This document shows positions 1 to 8,480 of a stretch of DNA of 31,494 nucleotides, in pieces; the first letter of the stretch is position 1; the number at the start of each line of letters is the position of its first letter. Origin of the DNA: a candidate division WOR-3 bacterium. GTDB taxonomy: Bacteria; Hydrothermota; Tepidihabitantia; Tepidihabitantales; JAOUPE01. The stretch covers positions 1 through 31,494 of the forward strand of contig JAOUPE010000001.1 in NCBI GenBank assembly GCA_029880025.1, written 5' to 3'. The notes under the pieces are model-generated. The model was not told the DNA's origin, made no database searches, and was given only the letters and a program-made list of their open reading frames with translations. Position numbers and translations under genes: made by a program.

Positions 1-13
1 TTTTCATCGCCAT
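1..13 (-). CDS. 5' end of a gene running off the window (MAMK...), probably the hydratase beta subunit
   Basis: Minus strand reads TAAAGGAGGAGAAG-ATGGCGATGAAAA right after the alpha-subunit stop. Product is inferred only from the usual alpha/beta gene order. Confidence 0.4.
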
Positions 14-24
14 CTTCTCCTCCT

Positions 25-870
25 TTATAGTACTGCACTCTTATGCCGTGCCGCATGGCAGTTAATATTGACCGCAGCTGGCAGACTCGCAATGTGGCAT
101 GGATAGGTCTCAATGAAAACTGCCAGAGCAGTCACTCTGCCACCAAATCCTTGTGGTCCGATTCCAGTTTTGTTGATTCGTTCCAACAAATCTTTTTCCA
201 TTTCGGCATAGAATGGGTCAGCATGAACCGAACCGATATCACGCAGCAAAGCTTTCTTGGCTAGATAGGCGACCTTTTCAAATGTTCCGCCGATACCGAC
301 ACCAACCAGAACAGGCGGGCAAGGATTGGCTTTTGACCGCAATACCCGGTCAACCACAAAATTCTTGATTCCTTCGGCACCAGCGGCTGGTGTTAACATC
401 TTAACTTCTGACATATTCTCACTACCACCACCCTTAGGTGCTACTGTAATCCTCAGATTATCACCCGGCACGATTTCGGTATGGATAACGGCAGGCGTAT
501 TATCACCAGTATTCTTTCTTCGCAACGGGTCAGACACGATTGACTTGCGCAGAAACCCTTCTTTATAGCCTTTTGACACACCGGCATTAATCGCATCAAA
601 CAACTCGCCGCCAGTGATTTTTACACCAGAGCCGACTTCTAAAAAGACCACGGCAAATCCAGTATCCTGGCAAGCCGGTATCATCTCTTTCTTGGCAATC
701 TCAGCGTTTTCGATGAGTTGATTCAGGATGTCTTTACCAGTAGGCGATTCTTCAATTTTCAATCCGTTCTTAAAAGCGTTAATGATATCGTCGCCAATCA
801 AGCAGTTAGCATCAATCGATAGTTGGGCAACGGTATCAACTATTTTCTGATATGGTATCTCTTTCGCCAA
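25..870 (-). CDS. Fe-S class I fumarate hydratase / L(+)-tartrate dehydratase, alpha subunit
   Basis: Motifs PACQDTG, GGGSENMS, NPCPP, GIGGT, GPQGFGG, CHAARH. Start reassigned to TTG at 870, 5 nt after AGGAGG. The ORF-track extension to 981 runs through an intergenic palindrome. Confidence 0.9.
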   Translation of the reverse strand: MAKEIPYQKIVDTVAQLSIDANCLIGDDIINAFKNGLKIEESPTGKDILNQLIENAEIAKKEMIPACQDTGFAVVFLEVGSGVKITGGELFDAINAGVSKGYKEGFLRKSIVSDPLRRKNTGDNTPAVIHTEIVPGDNLRITVAPKGGGSENMSEVKMLTPAAGAEGIKNFVVDRVLRSKANPCPPVLVGVGIGGTFEKVAYLAKKALLRDIGSVHADPFYAEMEKDLLERINKTGIGPQGFGGRVTALAVFIETYPCHIASLPAAVNINCHAARHKSAVL

Positions 871-907
871 AGTGACCTCCTTTTTTAAACGGATTTCACG
901 AATTGAA

Positions 908-1067
908 TAGCGAATTTTCCGAATCGAAGAATCTAAACACTGAAGAACACCGAATTCTCCGAAGGACACCGAATCGGACAAGCAAGCCCGAATATTTTTC
1001 AGTTCTCTCAGTGATTTTCGGTGTCGAATAAATTCGTCCCATTTGCTGTCATTCGTTTTATTCGCTA
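908..1067. repeat. Nested imperfect palindromic intergenic element
   Basis: Outer arms TAGCGAATTTTCCGAAT (908-924) and ATTCGTTTTATTCGCTA (1051-1067) match 13/17 as inverted repeats. Inner 9-10 nt periodic units ACACTGAA/ACACCGAA/TCTCCGAA/ACACCGAA (937-973) face TTCAGTTC/CTCAGTGA/TTCGGTGT (998-1024). Confidence 0.6.
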
Positions 1068-1714
1068 TACTTCAAAACCCAAATTTCGGTTTGTTTGGGT
1101 AAAGTTGACTGGTCTATTTCGACTTCACTCAATTCGAGTCGTTTTACTATAGTCTTACCTTGTAAAAAATCATCAACCGGTGCGATTGGAAATCCTAAGA
1201 CCGGTGTTTTGAAATGCATCGGCATTACCAGTTTTGGTTTCAGCGTTTCGACGATTTTGGTTGCCGCTTTTGCATCAATTGTAAATACTCCGCCAACCGG
1301 TATAAAAAGAATATCGATTTGTCCAAGCTGTTTGATTTCTTCGGCATTTGGTATATGTCCTATGTCACCAAGATGGCAGAGCCTTAAACCATCGACAGTC
1401 ATAACATAAACTGTATTTAGACCACGTTCTCGTCCCCGACTTGCATCGTGACAGGTAGAAATTCCTTCAATCTTGATATTTTTTATTGTCTGCGTCTTGA
1501 TATTACGTACGACTTGTGGCTTACCACCGATTTGGATTGCATAGTTGTGGTCATCATGTTCATGGCTGATGGTCACGATATCGGCTGAGTCTTGGATTGG
1601 CTTATAACCGAGTGCGCCACTAAAACTGCCCGATTTATAAGGGTCAGTGATGATTCCGGTGCCATCGTTGGCAGTGATTAAAAATGCCGAATGACCAAAC
1701 CACTTAATCTTCAT
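1058..1714 (-). CDS. Metallo-beta-lactamase-fold hydrolase
   Basis: KWFGHSAF, ITDPY, SHEHDDH (HxHxDH), HLGD, PMH motifs; AGGAGG RBS. Confidence 0.85.
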   Translation of the reverse strand: MKIKWFGHSAFLITANDGTGIITDPYKSGSFSGALGYKPIQDSADIVTISHEHDDHNYAIQIGGKPQVVRNIKTQTIKNIKIEGISTCHDASRGRERGLNTVYVMTVDGLRLCHLGDIGHIPNAEEIKQLGQIDILFIPVGGVFTIDAKAATKIVETLKPKLVMPMHFKTPVLGFPIAPVDDFLQGKTIVKRLELSEVEIDQSTLPKQTEIWVLKYSE

Positions 1715-1811
1715 ACTCGCCTCCTTTAGACGCTATATGCAATATGCTTTACGCTATAGGCAGGAAATAAGAATCTGGCGTCAAGCGTAAGGCTTTGTGC
1801 GTTCAGCAAAA

Positions 1812-3107
1812 TCATTTCAATTTCAGCACTTCTCGATAACCCGGAATATCCATAAAACCGTGACCAGAAATATTGAACGCGATCGTCTTCTTTTCACCTG
1901 ATTCTTTGCACTTTAATGCTTCATCAATTGCTGCACAAATCGAATAAGCCGATTCTGGCGCTGGTAAATACCCTTCGGTCTCGATGAATAGCTTGGCACG
2001 CGAAAAGACATATTTCTCATCGCCCGGGTAAGCAATATTTTCTACAATTCCTTTATGCCTGAGATAAGAAATAATCGGTGCGCAGCCGTGATAACGCAAG
2101 CCGTCACCACGAATCGGCTTCATTTTCACTCGATGACCCAAAGTGTACATCTTTAGCATCGGTGTAATTTCGGCATAGTCGGCAAAGTCATATTTGTATT
2201 CACCAGAAAGATTCGGCGCCACTTTACTCTGAGCAGCAATAAATTTAATCTTTTTACCTTTTTTAAACACGTCACCCACAAACGGTAAGACAAAACCACC
2301 AAAGTTTGAACCGCCCCCCAAACAACTAATCATGATGTCCGGATAATCGTCAAAAATTTCAAATTGCTTTTGGGTCTCCAAACCAATGATGGTTTGATGG
2401 AGCAGAACATGATTCAGGACCGAGCCCAGACTGTAAATTGCATTCGGGTCATTTTGCGCATCTTCCAGACCTTCACTGATGGCAATGCCTAAAGAACCTG
2501 GATGCTTTTTATTTTTGCTATAAAGTGAACGCCCGAACTTGGTTTTAGGGCTGGGTGAAGCATAAACTACGCCGCCCAAAAGTTGCATAAAATTGCGCCG
2601 GTCTTTTTTCCAATTATAAACCGCTCGGACCCAATAGATTGTACATTTAAGACCAACTAAAGCCGCGCCATAAGCCAAGGCGGTTCCCCATTGTCCAGCC
2701 CCGGTCTCGGTCGTCAAACGTTCGTAACCTTCCTTTTTTGCATAATAACATTGAGCGAGGGCGGTATTAACCTTATGGCTGCCGGTCGGACTGAAAAATT
2801 CGGCTTTATAATAAAGCTTTGCCGGCGTATCTAATTTCTTTTCTAAATTCAGCGCACGAAAGAGTGGTCGCGGTCGTCCTGCCTGCGCATAAAGACCCAT
2901 AAGTTCTTCTGGAATCGGAATCCAGCGTTCAGTGCTCGATTCTTGTTTCAGACATTCAGCTAAGAGCAGTTTGGGAAGATTGGCGACTCTTGAGGGACCC
3001 TTTGGCGGGTCTTTGGGCGGCGACAGAGGATCAGGTAAATCGGGCAGAATGTTATACCACTGGTTAGGTATCTCATTAAAATTCAAATTTACTTGTCTTC
3101 TAACCAT
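1812..3107 (-). CDS. trpB: Tryptophan synthase beta chain, type 2 (TrpB2)
   Basis: GSHKVNTA (PLP Lys), TETGAGQWG, GSLGIAISE, GGGSNFGG, GLRYHG, PAPES, SGHG; N-terminal WYNILPDLP typical of TrpB2. Confidence 0.9.
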   Translation of the reverse strand: MVRRQVNLNFNEIPNQWYNILPDLPDPLSPPKDPPKGPSRVANLPKLLLAECLKQESSTERWIPIPEELMGLYAQAGRPRPLFRALNLEKKLDTPAKLYYKAEFFSPTGSHKVNTALAQCYYAKKEGYERLTTETGAGQWGTALAYGAALVGLKCTIYWVRAVYNWKKDRRNFMQLLGGVVYASPSPKTKFGRSLYSKNKKHPGSLGIAISEGLEDAQNDPNAIYSLGSVLNHVLLHQTIIGLETQKQFEIFDDYPDIMISCLGGGSNFGGFVLPFVGDVFKKGKKIKFIAAQSKVAPNLSGEYKYDFADYAEITPMLKMYTLGHRVKMKPIRGDGLRYHGCAPIISYLRHKGIVENIAYPGDEKYVFSRAKLFIETEGYLPAPESAYSICAAIDEALKCKESGEKKTIAFNISGHGFMDIPGYREVLKLK

Positions 3108-3210
3108 TATTATGTCTCCTTTCTTGATTTCGAGGACAAAGTCGAATCGAAATTGTAAAATTCATCTTTTAAAATATTTTATCAAGAAAAATTGTCACAG
3201 AACCGTCTAA

Positions 3211-3238
3211 AGTTTAATCCGATTTGAACCAGTGTCAA
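3211..3238 (-). promoter_or_regulatory. Putative sigma70 promoter for trpB2
   Basis: Minus strand TTGACA-16 nt-TAAACT. Confidence 0.5.
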
Positions 3239-3361
3239 TAGCTATTGGTTTTCTCACCGATATACAGGATTGGTATTGGAGACAGCAGGCTGAATAATAT
3301 ATTTTTTTATCCTTAACACTAATTGGGTTGAATCTTTATTTTAATGGGCGTTAAAAAAATC

Positions 3362-3390
3362 TTGACAAAAGATGAAAAATAAGTTATTAT
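3362..3390 (+). promoter_or_regulatory. Putative sigma70 promoter of the exopolysaccharide operon
   Basis: TTGACA-17 nt-TATTAT. Confidence 0.7.
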
Positions 3391-3524
3391 ATATGGGCTA
3401 TCCGAGAACTTGTTTTGATAGCACAAAAGGCAACAGGAGGCAGATGTACTACTCAACTTCGAAGAAAAGTGAATTCAGGTTCTATTAACATAATTTTTGT
3501 TTTGTTTGCGGTAAGGAGGTGTAA

Positions 3525-4898
3525 ATGTTATTCCCGAAACTTAAGACTGGATTCAACCTAATCGATGATTTATGGCAAGGGTTCTTTAAAGGTAGAACCT
3601 ATTTGTTGAGTGGACCGGTCGATTCGGGAAAGACAACTTTTGCCCTGCAGTATGCCTTAAAAGGTTTAGCCTCAAAAGAAAAAATCGTCTTTTTTAGCGA
3701 TGAGCGACCCGAAGATGTTTTGCTTCGAGCCGAAGCTTTACAACTCGGCTCAACCAAAAAGGCATGTTTTGATTTAACCGCCGGTTTCGAAAATGGCGAT
3801 TTTTTAATTTTTAATATCGGCTTGGATGATAAAACCAAAATAATTACCGACCAGCTGCTCAATCAGACAAGCCATGAGATTAGCCAAATTGTCGAAAAAG
3901 AACAACCGGTTAGATTAATCTTTGACCAGATTACATTCCTTCTGCAATACAAGGAATTCGAAACACTAAAACAAGATATTAAGGAGTTGATTTATTCGTT
4001 TGAGAAATCTAAGGTAACAAACCTGATTACGATTGGTGAACCAGCCAGTAACCAAGCCGAAAAAATTTTAGATTTCTTGAGTTCGCTTGCTACCGCAACA
4101 ATAAAATTGTCTGAGCCAGAAAACGAGAAAAGGAGATTACAACTTCATGCCCGACTCGGACATTATCCTGATTCATATTCGAGTCAGTTTGTAATTCGTC
4201 CGGGTATTGGATTAACCACGATTGAAAAAGTGGTTCCCATAACATTGGAACAGGAAGTGGTCCCGGAAATAACTCCAGAACCAACCTGGCAAGAACCCGA
4301 ACCTGCTGTTTCGCCTGAACCGAGCGTGACTGAAACACCGGTCGTTGAACCAGTCGCGCCGCAACCGGTCGAACCCATTTTTCCTGAGCCAGCACCAGAA
4401 GCCGAAGCTAAACCCTCCGAGGTTTCGGATCGAATCGAACCGATTGAATCGATACCAGAGTATCCAGTTCGGGATTTAGACCGTGATGATTTTACCGGTC
4501 TTTTCAATTTTGACGGTTTGCTTAATATAATTTCCCGGGAAGTGGAGAAAAAGACTCCTTTTTCTTTAATGATTATTTCAATCACAAAAGGGGTGGATAG
4601 CCGAGCGAAACGGTTGCTGCTTTCCCATAAACTCGCTTCGGCGGTCAAATCGGCAATCAGTAAACCGGCACCGGTTGGTAGATATTCAGATAAGATTATT
4701 GCCTATCTCCACAAAACTCCCAAGTTGGAGTCGCAAGAAATGGCAACGATTGTCGAAAACAAAACATTGAAAACACTGATCGCTGAAAACGAAAGTCTTA
4801 AAGGTATCGAAATCAGAGTCGATATTTACGCCTATCCAGAAGATATTCTCTCGATACGTGAAATTGAGACAATTGTCCAAGCCGGAGGTGAACAATGA
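3525..4898 (+). CDS. KaiC/RecA-like ATPase + Pro/Glu-rich linker + degenerate GGDEF-like domain
   Basis: KTGFNLIDD, Walker A GPVDSGKT, Walker B LIFD, FVIRPGIG. Linker PEPTWQEPEPAVSPEP. C-terminal DDFTGLFN (GGDEF N-terminal signature) and VGRYSDKII in place of GRYGGDEF. RBS AAGGAGG. Confidence 0.75.
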   Translation: MLFPKLKTGFNLIDDLWQGFFKGRTYLLSGPVDSGKTTFALQYALKGLASKEKIVFFSDERPEDVLLRAEALQLGSTKKACFDLTAGFENGDFLIFNIGLDDKTKIITDQLLNQTSHEISQIVEKEQPVRLIFDQITFLLQYKEFETLKQDIKELIYSFEKSKVTNLITIGEPASNQAEKILDFLSSLATATIKLSEPENEKRRLQLHARLGHYPDSYSSQFVIRPGIGLTTIEKVVPITLEQEVVPEITPEPTWQEPEPAVSPEPSVTETPVVEPVAPQPVEPIFPEPAPEAEAKPSEVSDRIEPIESIPEYPVRDLDRDDFTGLFNFDGLLNIISREVEKKTPFSLMIISITKGVDSRAKRLLLSHKLASAVKSAISKPAPVGRYSDKIIAYLHKTPKLESQEMATIVENKTLKTLIAENESLKGIEIRVDIYAYPEDILSIREIETIVQAGGEQ

Positions 4899-6799
4899 AG
4901 TTTTTATCGAGTTGTGCCATACTATTTTTCGCTTCAGCTTTTGCCTTTTCGGCATTAGCCGAAGACAATTATTTCATTCGGGCGCAGAAAAATTATGACC
5001 ATGGGCTTTATTCGGAAGCGGTCAACTTTTTAGAAAAGGAGTTAGACCAAAACCCAAAAAACATATCGGCTTGGAAATTGCTTGGCAAGTGTTATTTAGA
5101 GATTGACCGGCTTGATGAAGCAATCGCTGCTTATGAACAGGCAAGAAATCTTGACCCGAATAACCAAGAGATTATTAGCTTGCTTGACCAGGCAAATTGG
5201 GTAAAAAGAGAAAAGTTGGAATCGAACATTCAAAAGTATCAAAATTATCTTATCCGTCATCCGGATGACGCCGAGTATCGACTCAAATTAGCCCGCATGT
5301 ATAAAGATTGTGGCGATTACAAGGCAGCGCAAAGAGAATATGAAATTTATCTGGCGAATAACCCATATGAAGACAAAGTGAAAGAAGAATACTATTCAAT
5401 TGCTCCTGAGCAATCTCACAAAAAGTTTAGTAAGCGAGAAACAAGAACGGGTAAGGTGAAAAGTAAAAAATACCACCCCCTGCCTTCCCCCCCTAAAAAA
5501 GATTGGGAGAAAATTTTAGATAAAGCCCGTGACTTAGTCGGTCAAGAAAAATATGTTTCAGCTGAATCGTTATATGAGAACTATTTAAAACAGAAGCCGA
5601 GCGATACGGTTGTTCTAAAGGAATACGCTCAAATGCTTTCTTGGAATAAACAGTATGAAAAATCAATTGCCGTTTATCGAAAGCTTCTTGAACTAAAACC
5701 TAATGATAAAAATTCCGCCTTTGAGCTGGCACAGGTTTTAAGTTGGGCAGGAAAATACGATGAAGCAATTACTCAATATCAGACCCTTGATACCACGAAT
5801 ATCGAGGTTCTTATCGGACTGGCTCAAACCTATTATTGGAAAGGCGACTATAGAAATGCCCGGTTAACTTATCAGAAAATACTTGCCTTAGACCCGAAGA
5901 ACTTAGAAGCGAAGAAAATGGTTTCAGAACTGCAACAAAGAGAAATTCCAGCTCCTGAATTAAGAGCCAAAGTGAGCAATTTTTGGGACAGCGAAGAATT
6001 CTACTATAAAAATTTCGCGGCTGCCTTGAATATTCATTTAAGCGAAAACACCAGTCTGGAACCCGGCTTCTCGGCCAGGCAATTTGAACAACGCGATGAT
6101 GTCATAACCGGTTATTCCTATTCGATTCGCCTCATGGAGAAATTTTCCGAAACCGTTGATGGCGATATTCATTATGCTTATAATTATTATGATTGCGTTC
6201 CCAACACGCAAGCTTATGGGCTTGCCTTGAATTACTATCCTTATTTGCTAACCAACTTTAGTTTCAGTTATGACCATCACGATATCATTTATGATGTCTC
6301 GACTACCCGGTCATTGATTCAGGCGATTACAACCGACAATTTTGAAGTATCGGGCAGCCATCAATTTGAAAAGGGGTATGGGATAATCGGGAGTTATCTT
6401 TATGGCATGTATTCGGATGATAACCGATTACAAAATCCACAAGCGCGATTGTACTACCAACTGTTTAAAATCCTGCGCATCGGCTATGCTTATAATATGA
6501 TTACATATTCTTTTGCTTCGCCCTGGTACTGGTCACCCGATTTTTATCAGACCCATTCGATCTGGTTTGAACTGGCTAATGGTTCAAAATCACCGTTATC
6601 TTATTATGTGAGTGCCGAAATTGCGAAAGTGACCAATTCCTCGAAACTGGCTCGTTCCATCTTTGCCGATTTCGCTTTGAACCCGTCCCAACGATTTAGT
6701 ATCGGCTTCCAATTCTCTTATTCTGAGTTGAGCCGAACCAAAGATGCGCCTGCGTACTGGCAACAATCATTAGCCGCCTATTTGAAACTACAACTTTAA
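4895..6799 (+). CDS. Exported TPR protein with C-terminal predicted outer-membrane beta-barrel (PgaA/BcsC/PelB-like architecture)
   Basis: N-terminal signal peptide ending ALA-ED. Two TPR blocks (AWKLLGKCY...AIAAYEQARNLDP; LAQTYYWKGDY...ILALDPKN). Last ~280 aa have alternating aromatic/polar strands, ending YLKLQL. Confidence 0.75.
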   Translation: MKFLSSCAILFFASAFAFSALAEDNYFIRAQKNYDHGLYSEAVNFLEKELDQNPKNISAWKLLGKCYLEIDRLDEAIAAYEQARNLDPNNQEIISLLDQANWVKREKLESNIQKYQNYLIRHPDDAEYRLKLARMYKDCGDYKAAQREYEIYLANNPYEDKVKEEYYSIAPEQSHKKFSKRETRTGKVKSKKYHPLPSPPKKDWEKILDKARDLVGQEKYVSAESLYENYLKQKPSDTVVLKEYAQMLSWNKQYEKSIAVYRKLLELKPNDKNSAFELAQVLSWAGKYDEAITQYQTLDTTNIEVLIGLAQTYYWKGDYRNARLTYQKILALDPKNLEAKKMVSELQQREIPAPELRAKVSNFWDSEEFYYKNFAAALNIHLSENTSLEPGFSARQFEQRDDVITGYSYSIRLMEKFSETVDGDIHYAYNYYDCVPNTQAYGLALNYYPYLLTNFSFSYDHHDIIYDVSTTRSLIQAITTDNFEVSGSHQFEKGYGIIGSYLYGMYSDDNRLQNPQARLYYQLFKILRIGYAYNMITYSFASPWYWSPDFYQTHSIWFELANGSKSPLSYYVSAEIAKVTNSSKLARSIFADFALNPSQRFSIGFQFSYSELSRTKDAPAYWQQSLAAYLKLQL

Positions 6800-6804
6800 T
6801 CAAA

Positions 6805-8175
6805 ATGGCGGATAATAAAAATACTATGAAAACCGCGGCGCAAAAAGGTTCCCGGTATGGTTTATCGCTTTTCATTCTGGTAATACTTTGTCTGATTTTT
6901 GGATTTATTACCTATTATTTCAACCGCCGGTCGTTTCTGCCATTTGGCTCAACCTTAATCATTGCCCTGACCGTAGTGCTTTTAGCCTTTTTGATTCTAT
7001 TAATAATTCGTTACTTTTTTACATTGTTTTTTGCCTATCTTCATCAAACGAGTGCCGGACCAAGCGAAAAATCCGACTTTTTCCCGTTTGTCTCAATTCT
7101 CGTACCGGTTTATAATGAAGGTAAAGTGATTAAATCGGTGCTCGATTCACTTTTGAATATTGATTATCCTGATTATGAAATCATTGTGATTGATGATGGC
7201 TCAACCGATGATACCTTACAGGAAATTCAAGACTCAAAAGGCAAAAGTCAAAATTCAAAACTAAAGGTGTTTTCGAAAAAAAATGCGGGTAAAGCTTGTG
7301 CGCTTAATTATGGGTTAAAACAGGCTAAGGGTGAATTTATCGCCTGCATTGATGGTGACAGTCTAATCAATCCCGAAGCGTTGCGGCTCGGCTTGCGTCA
7401 TTTTTCTGATCCGAAAGTTGGCGCAGTAGCCGGAAATGTTAAGGCAATCAATCGGCAAAAAATGGTCTCGACCCTTCAGGCGTTAGAATATGTTGAAGGA
7501 TTGAATATGCCGCGTCGTGCCCAGGGGTTATTCGGTTTAGTAAATATTGTGCCCGGACCGATTGGGTTTTTCCGACGCTCGGCACTCGAAGCGGTGGGCG
7601 GTTATTCCAAAGATACCTTTGCCGAAGATTGCGATTTGACCCTGAAAATTTTAAGCATAGGGTGGAAAGTACGTTACGAGCCGGAAGCATTAGCTTGGAC
7701 CGAGGTTCCGGAAACCTGGATTGATTTAGTTAAACAACGCTACCGCTGGACGCGCGGTATCATTCAATCGATTCGTAAACACAAGAGCATTCTTTTTAAC
7801 CCGAGCATAAATTTTGGCGATACGCTAATCTTCTGGCAAATGATATACGAAGCAATCATCTGGCCGGCAATGAATATTTTTGCTCACCTATTCTTTATCA
7901 TCGTTGCTTTAATTTTCGGCTTCTCGCCCTTAATCGTTTTTTGGTGGCTCCAACTTTTAGCTTTAGATATGATGGCAGCGCTTTTCTGCGTTGCCTGTGA
8001 AGAAGAACAGATGAAATTGATTCCTTATGCGATACTCTATCGATTGATTTTCATTCTCATCATTGATATCATCAAAGTGTTTGCCACGATTGAAGAGTTC
8101 TTGAGTTTGGGTATGAGCTGGGATAAGTTAGAACGGAACGGAAGAGTCAACGGCATAATTAAGGAACCAGTATGA
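6805..8175 (+). CDS. Processive GT2 polysaccharide synthase, PgaC/IcaA-like
   Basis: PVYNE, IDDGSTD, GKACALN, DGD, QALEY, AEDCD, QRYRW (QxxRW); N- and C-terminal TM helices; no PilZ domain. Confidence 0.88.
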   Translation: MADNKNTMKTAAQKGSRYGLSLFILVILCLIFGFITYYFNRRSFLPFGSTLIIALTVVLLAFLILLIIRYFFTLFFAYLHQTSAGPSEKSDFFPFVSILVPVYNEGKVIKSVLDSLLNIDYPDYEIIVIDDGSTDDTLQEIQDSKGKSQNSKLKVFSKKNAGKACALNYGLKQAKGEFIACIDGDSLINPEALRLGLRHFSDPKVGAVAGNVKAINRQKMVSTLQALEYVEGLNMPRRAQGLFGLVNIVPGPIGFFRRSALEAVGGYSKDTFAEDCDLTLKILSIGWKVRYEPEALAWTEVPETWIDLVKQRYRWTRGIIQSIRKHKSILFNPSINFGDTLIFWQMIYEAIIWPAMNIFAHLFFIIVALIFGFSPLIVFWWLQLLALDMMAALFCVACEEEQMKLIPYAILYRLIFILIIDIIKVFATIEEFLSLGMSWDKLERNGRVNGIIKEPV

Positions 8176-8480
8176 ATACCGTAATCGCAGTATTATCAAC
8201 CATCATTCTTGCGGTAACAGTCCTTACGCTATTTCTGGGGATTTTTGCCTACATCGTTTATAAAGCACGTAAGCGCAGCAGCCGACGTAAACCCAAGCCA
8301 GAAAAATTTGCCGAAAAACCAAAGCCAGCTGAAATCGTAAAGGAACCAGAACCAATAGTAGAGATAAAACCAGAAGTCCCTCCCCGACCCCCAATATCGG
8401 TTGAACGACCCCAGACCAGCGGATTAATCCGTCGCTATGAACCAGAAAAGAAAAAGGAGAAACGGGTAGAATGGAGATGA
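8172..8480 (+). CDS. Small single-TM protein with basic, Pro/Glu-rich tail
   Basis: ATGA overlaps with both neighbours; one hydrophobic helix followed by KARKRSSRRK. Confidence 0.7.
   Translation: MNTVIAVLSTIILAVTVLTLFLGIFAYIVYKARKRSSRRKPKPEKFAEKPKPAEIVKEPEPIVEIKPEVPPRPPISVERPQTSGLIRRYEPEKKKEKRVEWR

Noticed and set aside
871-981. 37-aa N-terminal extension of the hydratase in the ORF track
   Set aside because: It runs through the intergenic palindrome, and a strong AGGAGG sits 5 nt before TTG 870.
3415-3490. c-di-GMP-I riboswitch (GCAC...GGCAA resemblance) before the EPS operon
   Set aside because: No GNRA-capped P2 or GGGACGCAAAGC-type segment follows; only a few bases match.
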